A stretch of DNA of 50,960 bases, the filler included, from Catajapyx aquilonaris (taxonomy: Eukaryota), in the NCBI GenBank assembly GCA_000934665.2. It is 3 parts of 3 records of this genome, joined end to end, with 100 filler letters (N's around TTAATTAATTAA, not from the genome) between each part and the next. Parts side by side here need not be neighbours in the genome. Positions count along the whole stretch, not along the records: positions 16,899 to 33,699 come from JYFJ02007100.1; positions 33,800 to 50,960 come from KZ539641.1; 1 more part is not named here. One strand, 5' to 3'. Below are positions 27,368 to 38,802 of this stretch, piece after piece. Position numbers and translations under genes: made by a program. The notes under the pieces were generated by a model, which did not search any database, had not been told where the DNA came from, and saw only the letters and a program-made list of their open reading frames with translations. Numbering within the stretch: position 1 is the first letter of the stretch; each line of letters opens with the position of its first letter.

Positions 27368-29479
27368 TACAGCATACCCCTTCCAAAATCCAAAAAATCA
27401 ATCTGCCTTTGCGACATAGCCAAGCTGCCCCCAGCCACCACTCCCCCTGCAGCATCCCGCACGCCAGTAAGGGTTAGTCTTTCCCTTTTGTGAACTATGA
27501 CCCTGGTTCATCACTGTTGTTTTGGGTGCTTCAGGGGATATTTTCGGGGTGTACGTGGCAAGTGGGCAGGTCAGGTCAGGCTAACGTGGTTTATAAGCAT
27601 CCATCTACATAGCAACAGTGAAGGCATTCATTTCCTGAGAAACGGGTGAAATAAATGGCATTTCTCACACATAACGAATTCCCGCATAATTCAAGCTGCA
27701 TTTGGGGGATCCCTTGAAGAGGGTTATATCGAGATTTTACTGTATGACATAATGAGGCACATAATGATGGCAGTCAAGTGTTGTCACGCTGAACCAAAGC
27801 CAGGTCTCTCCCTCCCCAACTTACTCCACCTTCCTTCACATTCACACCTTCTTTCAACACTTAACCCTTAACTTGCAACGTGGGGTCCTTTTCGGACCCC
27901 AGGGTAGGCTATACTTATGTCACCACCCTGAAGCATGTTTTTGTCAAAATGAAAATTCCCACGCCTATATTCCTGAAATATACTCTTTGACACATGAAAA
28001 AAAATTATGAGTGACGAAAAAAAATTCTAAAGGGAGTTAACTTCATTTAAACGTTCACAAGTATAGTCTTGGGGTCCAAAAAGGACCCCACGTTGCAAGT
28101 TAGCAACCAGTTTTTCCGACCCTAAGTAGACAAGGCAAATTGATGATGTAGCAAACAAAAAATTGCACAGGTGTAAAAAAAAATTATCAATGTATAGTAG
28201 TATTGTACATGCAGTGAAACCTGCCCATAACGGACCCTGAGTATAACGGAAACTTGTCCATTGCCGAGTTTTTCCTGAAAACGAGCTTATCCACAGTACA
28301 TGAATTCTGTGTCGAATGTAAAAGAAACCTGTCCATTACGGAAAATGTTATGGCTATGCAAGTCAGCTATACACAGGTTTCACACCAATGGGAAGTCAAG
28401 CATTAGTCAACCAGCTCCAGTTTCAGTTCTCCCACATGATAAGGAGACTGCCATTACAGCTGCTGGGTCATATGAACCTTTCCTGCAGTCCCAATTTTCA
28501 GCAGACCAGCATTGCTGGGACGAGCATACCAGCAGTGTTGGTTTCAAAACCGGGGCACGAACGTGGGATATATGTAAACAGCGCCTCATGGGTCAACCCA
28601 GGGTCAGAGGATGTCAAATTATTTTTTAAATCTGTCACTTATAGTCCCGGCTGAATTTAGGAAGCATTTATATTTTGATGGTTTGGTTCATGTAAGTTTG
28701 TAATCGAAAAAACGACGTGGGTTCCAAAAAGGACTGCACATTGCAAGTTAACCCTGGAACCGTGCCGTGGGGTCTTTTCGGACCCCACCATATTTTAATT
28801 TTTATTAATTACTATATAATACTTTTCAATGTATTGACTATATACAATCCCCCTATAATAATAGGCGTATTTTTTTCGCCTCTGCAACGCTCCAGATGTG
28901 GCGCCTGAAGAATTAGTGCCGTGGCCAAAAGGTGATAGCACTCCCTTGGCGGCGGCCAAGGGAGTGCTGCGACCTTTTGGCCACGGCACTCATTCATCAG
29001 GCTGCCACTTTCCCTTCCCGCCAAAAGTCCTAACCGCCACCTATTTCTTTTCCCGCCAATACAGGTCTGCCAACTGATTCAATCTGAGCCTCAGAATATT
29101 CAGAAAGCTGTCATATACGCTGCTACTTTCAGCCCCACTTTCTAACTATGCCGCCATCTTGGATCCTGATCTAGCAACTTATTATCATTTTCAGCGGATA
29201 GCTTAGCTTAGAGTAAACCCTTGCGACTTATTTGGCGGCGTAGCATGAACCTCCCGGAGCAAGCAAACAAGATATCAGCGGTGGGATCAGCAGGGGATTG
29301 GAGGTTGGCAAAGCCACAATAACGTCCGTTGGCCTCCGCCGTCACAAGACGGACAGTACTGTAAATGTTGCGGATACGAAACCCACAATAATCGCCAGCA
29401 CCGCATCCTCTCCGCATTACCTAACAATATCCGGCAGGGCGACGAACCCTGCCTGGCGGGGCCACAACAGATGACAGTA

Positions 29480-29736
29480 GAGATAATGGATACCCTGTGA
29501 TAAGCCTCCTTCATCTTTTAATTGACCGACTTTAATCATTGCCTGCGGCCCTGCGCTGTGATGGATTTTGATTGTGGGAGGAAATGGGAGAACCCCCGAG
29601 AAAACCCACACGAACATGGAGAGAACCCGTCGGAACTCTATCCACATAAGCATATACTCTGTCCGATCCGGGGATCGAACTCCGGACCTAGGAGGTGAAA
29701 GGCTGCAGCACTAACCACTCCGCCACCGTGTCGCCC
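29480..29736 (-). mobile_element. V-domain-like SINE (copy 2) with 14-bp TSD
   Basis: Inverted homolog of 22898-23145. TSD AACAGATGACAGTA at 29466-29479 and 29740-29753. Confidence 0.85.
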
Positions 29737-29853
29737 AATAACAGATGACAGTATTGTTGCAGTACCATAAAGCCATACAGCATTACCTACACAAAAGGCA
29801 ACTCCATCCCTCATGTTGTCGCGTCACTCAAATTTGCCCATATCAGCTATTAT

Positions 29854-30673
29854 CATTGGTTATTCGCATGTAAACACTTAGTTCAAATGTACGACCTAAG
29901 CTGGGATGAACTTTTTATAAATTTACCCTTAACAATTGAAACTTTAAAGTCAAACGTTAAAAACAAAGCCCTTGTGATGTTACAACACACCACAAGATAT
30001 TTGTTATACAAAGAAATTAAATTCAGTTATGACCAGGAAGAATATTTAACATATGGTCTCCCAATTATACAATTAAAAATAATAGCAAATTTAAGAAACA
30101 ATTCAATGTACATTTGGAAGTACATTCAATTATGCTTTTTAATGAAGATTTTTGTGAATGGTGCCACATGAAGAAACCACTGACAGCATATCACATAATT
30201 TACGAATGTAGATACTTTTCAACCCCGAGAACCGTCCACTTATACGATCTTCCCAGATATCCATCCTCACATTATCATCTGCTCTACCAGGACATTACAA
30301 AAAAAACACATTTTTGCCTTGTTCAAGTTTTTTCAGAATGTCAACAAAAGAATCAAATTTTCTGCATACTAAAGCAATTTTTATAGTCCCACAAAAGCAA
30401 TTCACACGACCTGTTCCCCAATACTAAAATTTCCTGTTCTCTTTTCTTCTTTTCTTGTTCTTTTTTTTAAACTTCAGAGTAAACAAAAAAGGTAGTGTGG
30501 TTAATGAACTAACTAAGAATGAAATAGATACATACGAAATATTGTAATTTTGGAGTATGGAAACTGGTGATGTGTGTCCCCCGAAACAGGGCTACAGCCC
30601 TGAGCAAGGGGTAATAAAAAATAAAAAATAAATAAATAAATAAATAAAAATAATAAAAATAATTAAAAAAAAT
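29854..30673 (+). mobile_element. 5'-truncated LINE (ORF2 C-terminus, 3' UTR, A-rich tail), possibly RTE-X-like
   Basis: Reads LYKEIKFSYDQEEYL...IIANLR, then a frameshifted CCHC finger CEWCHMKKPLTAYHIIYEC. Tail of (TAAAAA/TAAA)n. TSD ATATCAGCTATTAT at 29840-29853 and 30674-30687. The clade is an inference. Confidence 0.75.
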
Positions 30674-30754
30674 ATATCAGCTATTATTATTAGCCTTAAT
30701 CATAGCCTGCTGGATCCGCATCCAAAAGTCTTTTATGTTCATGGACATAATGTC

Positions 30755-31197
30755 ATCCCAGCCTATGCCGCATGACGATCAACAATAACTCGCAGGGCCA
30801 GATCAGCACGTAAGCATTTCCCTGGATGAACCTGTCTTCTCACAATCATGGCCAGCTGCATGTGGCACTGTCACGGTCTCGCAACCCAAGTCAGGTCAAA
30901 GTGTTCACTACACCTATACTGCTCAACACGGAACATTGCTCTCCAACAACAGAGTGTTTGCACACAATGTTGTATATCAGGAGGTTTTATGAAAACTTTT
31001 CTCATGTCCGATTCAGAAAGTGTAGGCTACAGTATGTCTATTGATTCCATGCCACTAATTTTTTGCAACCCCGTCTTACGACCAGCTATATACTCTATTT
31101 CTTAGTTGTCACTCCGCGAGCCCTCTCATTCAATTTTTTCATTACCATTGTCTTCCTCATTGCAGGTTTCGCCAAATTTTGGCTACGGATGCGCTAG
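30755..31197 (+). mobile_element. Helitron remnant: PIF1 helicase C-terminus and 3' end
   Basis: Frameshifted PAYA-MTIN-SQGQ...LDEPVFS-HGQLHVALSR...NVVYQEVL*. Hairpin GCCAAATTTTGGC, then CTAG|T at 31194-31198. Confidence 0.75.
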
Positions 31198-31421
31198 TGC
31201 CTAAAATGATCGCTAATTCAAAATAAACCTGCAGTTCCTGTTATATACTGTAAAAAAATGGCAAAAGTTCAGTGTAATGATCATTTCAATGCATTTTTTT
31301 CCTTGGGGTCCAAAAAGACCCCACGGCACGGTTCCAGGGTTAAGCATGACTAAATGAAGTTGCAAGTTAAGGGTTAAAGTCCCAATAACCTGGACATGCA
31401 ACTGACTGGCATGACCCTGAC

Positions 31422-31571
31422 CTGCTTGCCCTGAAAGAAGATCCGTTGGACGGCGGCCTCGATGCCCAGCTTCTCCTCTATCAAGCCGCGCAGCTCCAAG
31501 ACGGTGGTGAGCTTGGACACTATAACCGTGACCTCCTCCTGGCCATAGGCTGTACGGATCTTGACGTACAT
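31422..31571 (-). CDS. UHRF1: First coding exon of UHRF1 (N-terminal part of the ubiquitin-like domain), partial
   Basis: MYVKIRTAYGQEEVTVIVSKLTTVLELRGLIEEKLGIEAAVQRIFFQGKQ then CAG|GTCAGG donor. It fits the UHRF1 Ubl pattern (MxVxxRT...SKLT...QRLFxxGKQ). Exon 2 was not found in the window. Confidence 0.78.
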
Positions 31572-32501
31572 CTTTGAAGGTGCCTTCCTACCGGACCAAG
31601 TCGTCCGAGAGCTGACAGCAGAAAGCACACCAGGAGCAGAAGGCGATGGTCGAGGGAGGCGGGCAAGCGATATGGAGGTTATTCCAGGCGCCAAGAGAAC
31701 AAAGGAGTAACAGAGCAGTTTTTCACAATAACTGGTATTCTTCTGAAGAGACAATATTAACAGCTATCGATCTTAACGGCCCAGATAGACCCAGACAGTT
31801 ACTCAGACCAAGTGCCATTTTGTTTCAGGAGACAATAAAACGTGTATTAGCCATGATCTCACTCCTATCCAGTAGGGGCTTGCATCTGTCACGGAGTGCT
31901 GTAGCGCAGCACATCTTGGAAGACATTGGCAACCGTGTTGGCAACTAATGTTATAGTAACTATTAACGCTCTCTGACTGAAATAACAGTTACTCCATGAT
32001 CACATCCAGCTTCTCTGCCTTCCAACGAGATAGAATAGGATAGAGGCCGTAAACTAAAGGTCGGCCATTTTTGATGCAATTTCCGGCCATGACACTTCGC
32101 AAGGCTAATCTACACCAGGTTCCGTCATCTAATGTAAATCGTCTGGCACGCTTCCGTTGCACGCCGCTAGAGGCGCTGATGCCAGCCGCGGGGGGAAACT
32201 GCCGCTCACCGCTATGCATATGCTTACGTTTTCATTTAATATTTGCATGCAAAAAATGTATACGTTGAATCCGGATATAACATCCTCGGCTACAACCGAT
32301 CCATGGTTATAGCAGACTGGTCCCGCCCTACTCACGTACTCTATGCCCTGTGTATTTAGCTACAACAGACTCGGTTTGGACAGACTGATTTGCGCGGTTT
32401 TTTGATATCCGAGTCTTATGTAGTTTTTTTCGGGCAATGATTAAAGACCGTTATTGGAAATATCATCCCCTAAAAGACTCAAGGAGCCATATCGCGAGGT
32501 A

Positions 32502-32520
32502 TCCATTATTATTATTATCG

Positions 32521-32568
<48 letters not shown>

Positions 32569-32594
32569 GTTTATTATTATTATTATTATTATTG

Positions 32595-32648
<54 letters not shown>

Positions 32649-32655
32649 GTTGTTT
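32502..32655 (+). repeat. (TTA)n microsatellite, tail of a truncated SINE 3' end
   Basis: About 150 bp of TTA with a few TTG/TTT interruptions, preceded by CATCCCCTAA...GAGGTATCCA like the V-SINE tail. Confidence 0.85.
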
Positions 32656-32656
32656 A

Positions 32657-33160
32657 CTAGCAGGATACCCGGCGTTGCTTTCCATAGGAGTGACTCGTTG
32701 ATTTGCAATAATTATGGCTATACAATGTTGGCATACCAGTGACATGGAGCATATTGCATGTGCATGAAGTCCAAACAACACACTGCGGATGTCGGATTGT
32801 AAGAAAATACACGATACACCTCCAAAATCCAGCAAAAGTATGTCATGAAAAATTGAAGGTTGTGCAGTAAATGTAGAAGTAAATGTAGAATGTAGAACAG
32901 TAGAAGCTCCAGCATGGCAGAGCTTACAATCTGATATCCAATGTGTGTTTTCTGGACTTGATGCACATGCAATATTTGGTATAGCCAATTACGTTCATAA
33001 TTGCATAGATGAAGCGTGTTGTCTCGAAGCTTCACCACAATATCCCTCTTATTACCATGCTCCTGACCACTCATGATCACAGTAATCTCATTGCAAGAAG
33101 GTTGATTGAATCGACCACGATGCTCACCTTGCGGTCGCTTGTCTCTGGTGAGTATGTGAT
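32657..33160 (-). mobile_element. Non-autonomous Helitron with a RepHel fragment
   Basis: Minus-strand peptide DKRPQGEHRGRFNQPSCNEITVIMSGQEHGNKRDIVVKLRDNTL (about 33008-33150) matches a conserved RepHel segment. A CTAG 3' end on the same strand lies at 32657-32660. Confidence 0.7.
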
Positions 33161-33699
33161 GAGGGTGATGCGTAAACAAACTCTTCCGGAGCGACTGGGT
33201 TGTTAGGGGGCTCCTCAAAAAACCTTCTTTTTCGCCCCTCCCCCGCCCGCCCGGATCCCGGATTTGTGGTGGGTTGGGGGGCCATTGACCCCGGGCACCC
33301 GTGGGGCCTCGAATCTGCAGCCTTAAGGACCGTGTGTGAGTGACGGGAGCCTTTCGAAGTCTTGGAATTTTCTGAATTTTGAAAATTCGGCTTTCTACGG
33401 ACGTTGCCACGGACGCACTGTTTGGGTTACGGCTCCCATAGGCAACAGCATACTGGTGAGTTTGCTTACGTTTAATATTACCTTCGACTCCGTTGCCGAG
33501 TGACTATGAATGGGGCCAGGAAGCGTTCACCTCGTGCTGCCAGTGCCGCTGCCAGTGCCAGGATTGCTGCGGCGGTGGCCCCATCTCCCTCGCCTGCTGC
33601 CACCACTACCAGAGTGCCTACCATGAGAGATGCCCCATCTATTCGAACAGATGAGTCTACTGCTGGACCATTTGAGCCGACTCCACCACTGGCTGTTCC

Positions 33700-33799
33700 N
33701 NNNNNNNNNNNNNNNNNNNNNNNNNNNNNNNNNNNNNNNNNNNTTAATTAATTAANNNNNNNNNNNNNNNNNNNNNNNNNNNNNNNNNNNNNNNNNNNN
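33700..33799. other. Assembly spacer: 44 N + TTAATTAATTAA + 44 N
   Basis: Same artificial structure as 16799-16898. Confidence 0.95.
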
Positions 33800-33814
33800 T
33801 TGTTATTGTTATTA

Positions 33815-34397
33815 CAGTAAAACTTCTCTAAGTCGAACTTCCCTAAGTCGAAGTTCTCTATAAGTCGAAGAAAATGATGAGCTTGGTTGGTCACAATGTA
33901 AAATAATAGGAAATAAACTTCCCTAACTCGAAGTTCTCCATAACTCGAAGTGTTGGCAGGGCCTTACGATGGGATTTCAATGCATTTTCACTCTCCCTAA
34001 GTTGAAGTTCATGTTGGCGAGTACGGAAAATTTTCTCATTTCCCAGCCTAAGGGTCGAGAGTAGGCCACATGTACAGAAAGGCTCAATTTCCTGATCTCC
34101 GTCTACCAGACATACCGAAATAAGTGTTTGAATCGATTGTGACAGTTGAATCCTTGAGTCTAAGAGTAGGCAAATGTTCATAACGGAGATTTTTTCACAA
34201 CAAAACAATGAGGAACATTGTAAGTGTGATAGTGATAGTTATTTTCAAGTTATGAACACCTTTCGTCGCTGGATATAAAGGTAGGCTTCCCTACAGAGTT
34301 ATGTGCTTAAAAAATTTCAAACTGCTCTAACTCGAATCTTCAATAACTCGAAGTTTTTCCCGGTCCCATGGAGATTCGACTTACAGAAGTTTTACTG
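33815..34397 (+). mobile_element. pogo/Tigger-like MITE, complete (583 bp)
   Basis: TA|CAGTAAAACTTCTCTAAGTCGAA...TTCGACTTACAGAAGTTTTACTG|TA. Three copies occur in the window. Confidence 0.85.
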
Positions 34398-34689
34398 TAT
34401 TATTATTGTTATTATTATTATTATGGATTAAGTGTGTGTACAGTGATCCTTCTCCATTATAATACTCCATATGAACATTTCCACATTGTGCAACCATCAG
34501 TTTTATTAAATATTAGCTTGAGAGAATTGGTTGCAAGTCAAAAATTGGACATCATTTGCATTGCCACTTCACTTACACTAAAAATATTATAGTGTGTCTC
34601 AGCAAAATCAACTGTTGAATGTATCTCTTAGGAAGGTGTTGAAATATAGTGGTGATGCTTTGAGTCTAATAATAATTGTTGCTTTTTAG

Positions 34690-35048
34690 GGTGCATTGCA
34701 GCTGACTACAACCCAATAGGAGAAATGGTTGCTCTTGGCAGCACAAATGGCCCTATACATATCTACATTTATGAATACCTGTCAGGAAGGGTTATTGTAC
34801 CAGTGATACCAGTACCTGAGGAGGAGGAAATTGTGAATTTCACTCCACTTCCAGACCATAATTTGGAGGAAGAACTTGCGATGGCTGCAATTATGAAGAA
34901 GTTGACTAAAGCATTAACAGTAACCAGTAACAGTAGGCCAACACAATTGCCACCTCTCATGAAAGAGAAAAGGTGGCCACTAAAAATGGAAAGACTTAGG
35001 CGCCTTGACGCCAGGTGCAACCAAGCTGGCAAAACCATTCAGGAATAG
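34690..35048 (+). CDS. Probable terminal exon of a WD40-repeat protein (unidentified)
   Basis: Acceptor TTTTTAG ending at 34689, then an open frame CIAADYNPIGEMVALGSTNGPIHIY (WD blade-like) with a charged tail to TAG. Upstream exons are presumably hidden in or beyond the 33700 gap. Confidence 0.45.
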
Positions 35049-36019
35049 TTGTTGTTGTTGTTTTTCAACCAGCTTTGAAGCATGATATACCTAAAAATGA
35101 TCTCCAAGTTAAACCAAATTGGGTGCATTCATATCCAGAAATTTAATGCTGACCAATCGAGTCGATGATTCCTGTACTGATTTTTATTTTTTACGTATCA
35201 GGAAAGTTAAGAGCATTCATTCAAGTTGTTCACATATTCCAACATATGAAACAGTTCATAGTTAAAGAATGTTACCAGATTTTCAATCTAGTCATCTTCT
35301 ATAAAGCATTGATTTTAGATGCATATTTTACAACAAAATTATCCTGATCAATGACAATAACTTTATGGCATAAGTATTTTTATATGCACATGACAGTGTT
35401 GGTCTGTAGTAGTCATAATGCACTCAAACTGGGATAGTGCCCAAGATTACTTCATCGACTTGTTTACTTTTTGTAATATTGACACTTCTGGAAAAAAAAA
35501 AAGCTTACTGCAAAAATACTGAGTTTTACTGCCATTTCTGTTTCGTGCCTGAAGAGTTGGCTCAACCTGGTAGAATAGGGTTGAACCATGATATTGACTA
35601 ATCATTTTCCAGGGTGAAAATGTCTGAACGGTTATTTTGGAGAAGAGGTGTATTCTTGTATTTCAAAGGAAATCCATATATTCATTTTCTAAATTTACTT
35701 GCACTTTTCATGTCCTCAAAATGGAATATTAATTTCTCGTCAGTCTTTAGCTGCTTTTGCTCCATGTTGTTATTAGGCTACTTTTTAAAGTAGTTTATTA
35801 CCTCATACAAAATGCATTAAACAATGTATTGAACATAATAATTTTTATGTAGGGGTTCTCTGGGACATGAATATGATTTCAAGGGTTCCCCCATGGTAAA
35901 AAGGTTGAGAAACGTTCCCTCCAGGCAATTTCTCCAGCTTCTTATGTGCTGAAGAGGCATGCAAGTGTACACATGAAAGAGGAACCCTTTGTTTGTGATG
36001 TTTGCAACATTGGATTTAA

Positions 36020-36735
36020 CCCTTAACTTGCAACGTGGGGTCCTTTTCGGACCCCAGGGTATACTTATGTCACCACCCTGAAGCATGTTTTTGTCAAAAT
36101 GAATATTCCCACACCTACAGTATATTCCTGAAATATACTCTTTGACACCTGAAAAAAAAATATAAGGGGAGGTAACGTCATTTAAACGCTCACAAGTCGC
36201 CTTGGGGTCCAAAAAGGACCCCACGTTGCAAGTTAGCGACCAGTTTTTTCCAACCCTAAATAGACAAATTCATGATGTAGCAAGCATGAAAAATCGCACA
36301 GGTGTAAAAAAATTACCTATGTATAGAATTGTACCCCCGCGAGCATAAAGATGGAGACGGCAGGCTCTTTTTTGACCTTTCTTTATCCGACTCAAATTCA
36401 TGAACTCTTTTTGGACTGAGTTAGCTGCTTCAGGCGTGTTTTCGTGTATTTATGACAGAATATTTGATACGTAATAGCTGCGATTGGCAGAGCAGCCTGA
36501 CGAAGGTGAGGCCCTGCCGTCTCCATCTTTATGCTCGCGGGTGTACATGCAGTGAAACCTGTCCATAACGGACCCTGAGTATAACGGAAACATTGCGGAA
36601 TTTTTCCTGGGAAAGGGCTTATCCACAGTACGTGAATTCCGTGTCGAATGTAAAGGAAACCTGTCCATTACGGAAAATGTTATTGTTCCATGTGGTTCCA
36701 CTATGCACGGGTTTCACACCCACCGGAAGTCAAGG
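36020..36735 (+). mobile_element. Second copy of the left part of the piggyBac-like element (paralog of 27865-28400)
   Basis: Starts TTAA|CCCTTAACTTGCAACGTGGGGTCC and is colinear with 27865-28400, including the embedded CAGTGAAACC MITE. Confidence 0.75.
36334..36543. mobile_element. 210-bp MITE with about 30-bp TIRs and TA TSD
   Basis: TIR C(A/C)CCCGCGAGCATAAAGATGGAGACGGCAGG. It is absent from the paralogous site at about 28205, which shows a single TA. Confidence 0.85.
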
Positions 36736-38169
36736 GTCAAGTGATGAATTTCCCAGATTGGCCGATACTGCTGATATTTTCCTTGCCCCAGATTTTCCTG
36801 ATCCTTATTTTTGGAATTCAAGTTTTGCCTTGGACTGATTCACTGATTTAGGCCTACTCTCTTAATTCTAAATTCATGTTAAAATTCACCATTGCTCTGA
36901 ATTGGAATATCCCGTTAACAGGGCCGTACTTATACTTTTGTTGTGGGTAGGGAGTTGGTCATCTGCCCCCCGCCCGCCCCCCAATTCCTTCTGTAACGTT
37001 AATACGCAGAATGATCATACAAGGTATAATAATACAGGCGCGTACGCAGAAAAAAATTTCGGGATGGGGGTGGGGGGCAAGGGGGGTAGTGCCAAATAAG
37101 GATAGAGCACGGCGGGCGAAAAAAATTTTGGTTTCAAGGTCACACAAGCTACTAGGAGATTTGAATGGGTGTGTAGGCCTAGTTGATGAAATTGAAATGG
37201 AACGTGAACTGGAATGACCCCCTGGAATGCAACTCCGCCACAATTTTTTCCACAGTATACCAGAGACAATTTCGCTCCCCACTTTTGCCGCCCGCCCCTA
37301 AAAATTTGCCGCTCTAGGCAGTTGCCTACTTTGCCTATGGGGAAATCCGGGCCAGCCCGTTAATATAGAATCTCCCAATGATAAACTCTGCTTTGTTCTA
37401 CTTGCATGCCTTGGATTTGCTCCAAACTTGTATTTGCTTCACTCCTTCAGTAAGTATAATTTAATAGTGTAACTACCTATATAGTCTGTTCATACAATCA
37501 AACAATTTTACAAAATAATGCTAACAGAATAAAGTTTTAGTTCAGGGACCTGGATGATGAGTTGGGTGCAGGGGCTTTTTTAGGCTGGGACATCCTTGTA
37601 GCTCCGACAGTTAATCACTTTCTCAGCACTTTCCATATAACATACTGTAGAATTAATAAGATCTAACAGTTTCATGCATGTCAGTAAAAGAGACTGAATA
37701 TAACGTGGGTATTGACAGAAAGCGAAGATATGTAGTTTCGCATCCAGTAGGACCAATGACAATTTTATTGAAGCTTGAAAGTAGATGATACTAATTTTCT
37801 CTGATGTGCATTTCATAAGTCAGCTTACATCATTATCGGTTGACATAGTACAGTACATAGTGCATGGACTGTCCTGCATCATGTTGGTATTCCTGAGTGC
37901 ACCAAATTTTAGTTGGTCAGAAGAACCAAACATGCACCGTCTCAGCAATATTATTCAGTCGCTCCTTTTCCTTTCCCTCCCTCTTTTGTCTCCAGAGTGC
38001 TAGCAGGACTTCCGGGAATATGCAATATTTATGCTAATATGGATGTAAGCACGATTATGAAACACAATATGTGGGCAACAGTAAGCAAGGACTTAAGGAT
38101 AACACATATCTTAAACTTTAAATCTTCATATCTGGAAATAAATTGACTAGTGTGAATCACTCTCTCCAT

Positions 38170-38741
38170 CAGTAAAACTTCCATAACTCGAACTTCCCTA
38201 AGTCGAAGAAAATGATGAACTTGGTTGGTCACAATGTAAAAGAATAGGGAATAAACTTCCCTAAGTCGTCGAATTTCTATAACTCGAAGTGCAGGCAGGG
38301 CCTTACGATGGGATATCAATGCATTTCCAGTCTCCCTTAAGTCGAAGTTCAAGTTGGCGAGAACGGGAAATTTTCTCATTTCCCAGCCCAAGGGTCGAGA
38401 GTAGGCCACATGTGTACAGAAAGGCTCTTTCCTGATCTCTGTCTACCAGGTACCAGTAATGACGCATGCCATCAGCACCTGGTCCTTTATTAAGAGTGAG
38501 AGCCGATCTAGGCAAATGTCCGTAACGGAGTTTTTTTTTTTTACAACAAAACAATGAGGAACATTGCAAGTGTGATAGTGACAGCTTTTTTATAGTTTTG
38601 AACACCTTTTGTCACTGGATATGAAGGTAAGCTTCCTTATAGAGTTATGCTTTAAAAAATCCAAACTTCTCTAACTCGAATCTTCTATAACTCGAAGTAT
38701 TTTCCCGGTCCCATGGAGATTCGACTATAGAAGTTTTACTG
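38170..38741 (+). mobile_element. pogo/Tigger-like MITE, complete copy
   Basis: CAGTAAAACTTC...GAAGTTTTACTG, homologous to 33815-34397. Flanked by AT rather than TA. Confidence 0.8.
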
Positions 38742-38757
38742 ATAATGTTTTCATATC

Positions 38758-38802
38758 CCCCATGTAAGATTGGGGTTAGATGAAAATAATAAATAAATAA
38801 AA
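38758..38802 (+). mobile_element. Minimal 45-bp retroposed 3' end with 14-bp TSD
   Basis: AATGTTTTCATATC at 38744-38757 and 38803-38816 flanks CCCCATGTAAGATTGGGGTTAGATG plus an A-rich tail. Confidence 0.65.

Larger units (their letters stand above)
23535..27742. mobile_element. pogo/Tigger-like terminal inverted repeat (TIR) pair enclosing a cluster of other elements
   Basis: TA|CAGTAAAACCTCGATATAA at 23535 and TTATATCGAGATTTTACTG|TA ending at 27742. Confidence 0.45.
28752..31339. mobile_element. Inner piggyBac-like element with 36-bp TIRs and TTAA TSD
   Basis: TTAA|CCCTGGAACCGTGCCGTGGGGTCTTTTCGGACCCCA at the left end and its inverse (one mismatch) ending GGG|TTAA at 31339. No transposase ORF inside. 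Confidence 0.8.
27865..31373. mobile_element. Outer piggyBac-like non-autonomous element
   Basis: TTAA|CCCTTAACTTGCAACGTGGGGTCC at 27865 and GTTGCAAGTTAAGGG|TTAA ending at 31373. The left portion is duplicated at 36020-36735. Confidence 0.6.

Noticed and set aside
31646..31948. 100-aa plus-strand ORF divergent from UHRF1
   Set aside because: No recognisable motif, and it lies in the likely promoter region.
15287..35048. UHRF1 nested in a giant GPAT intron, or the 34690 exon belonging to GPAT
   Set aside because: Artificial gaps intervene, and the 34690 exon is WD40-like rather than acyltransferase-like.
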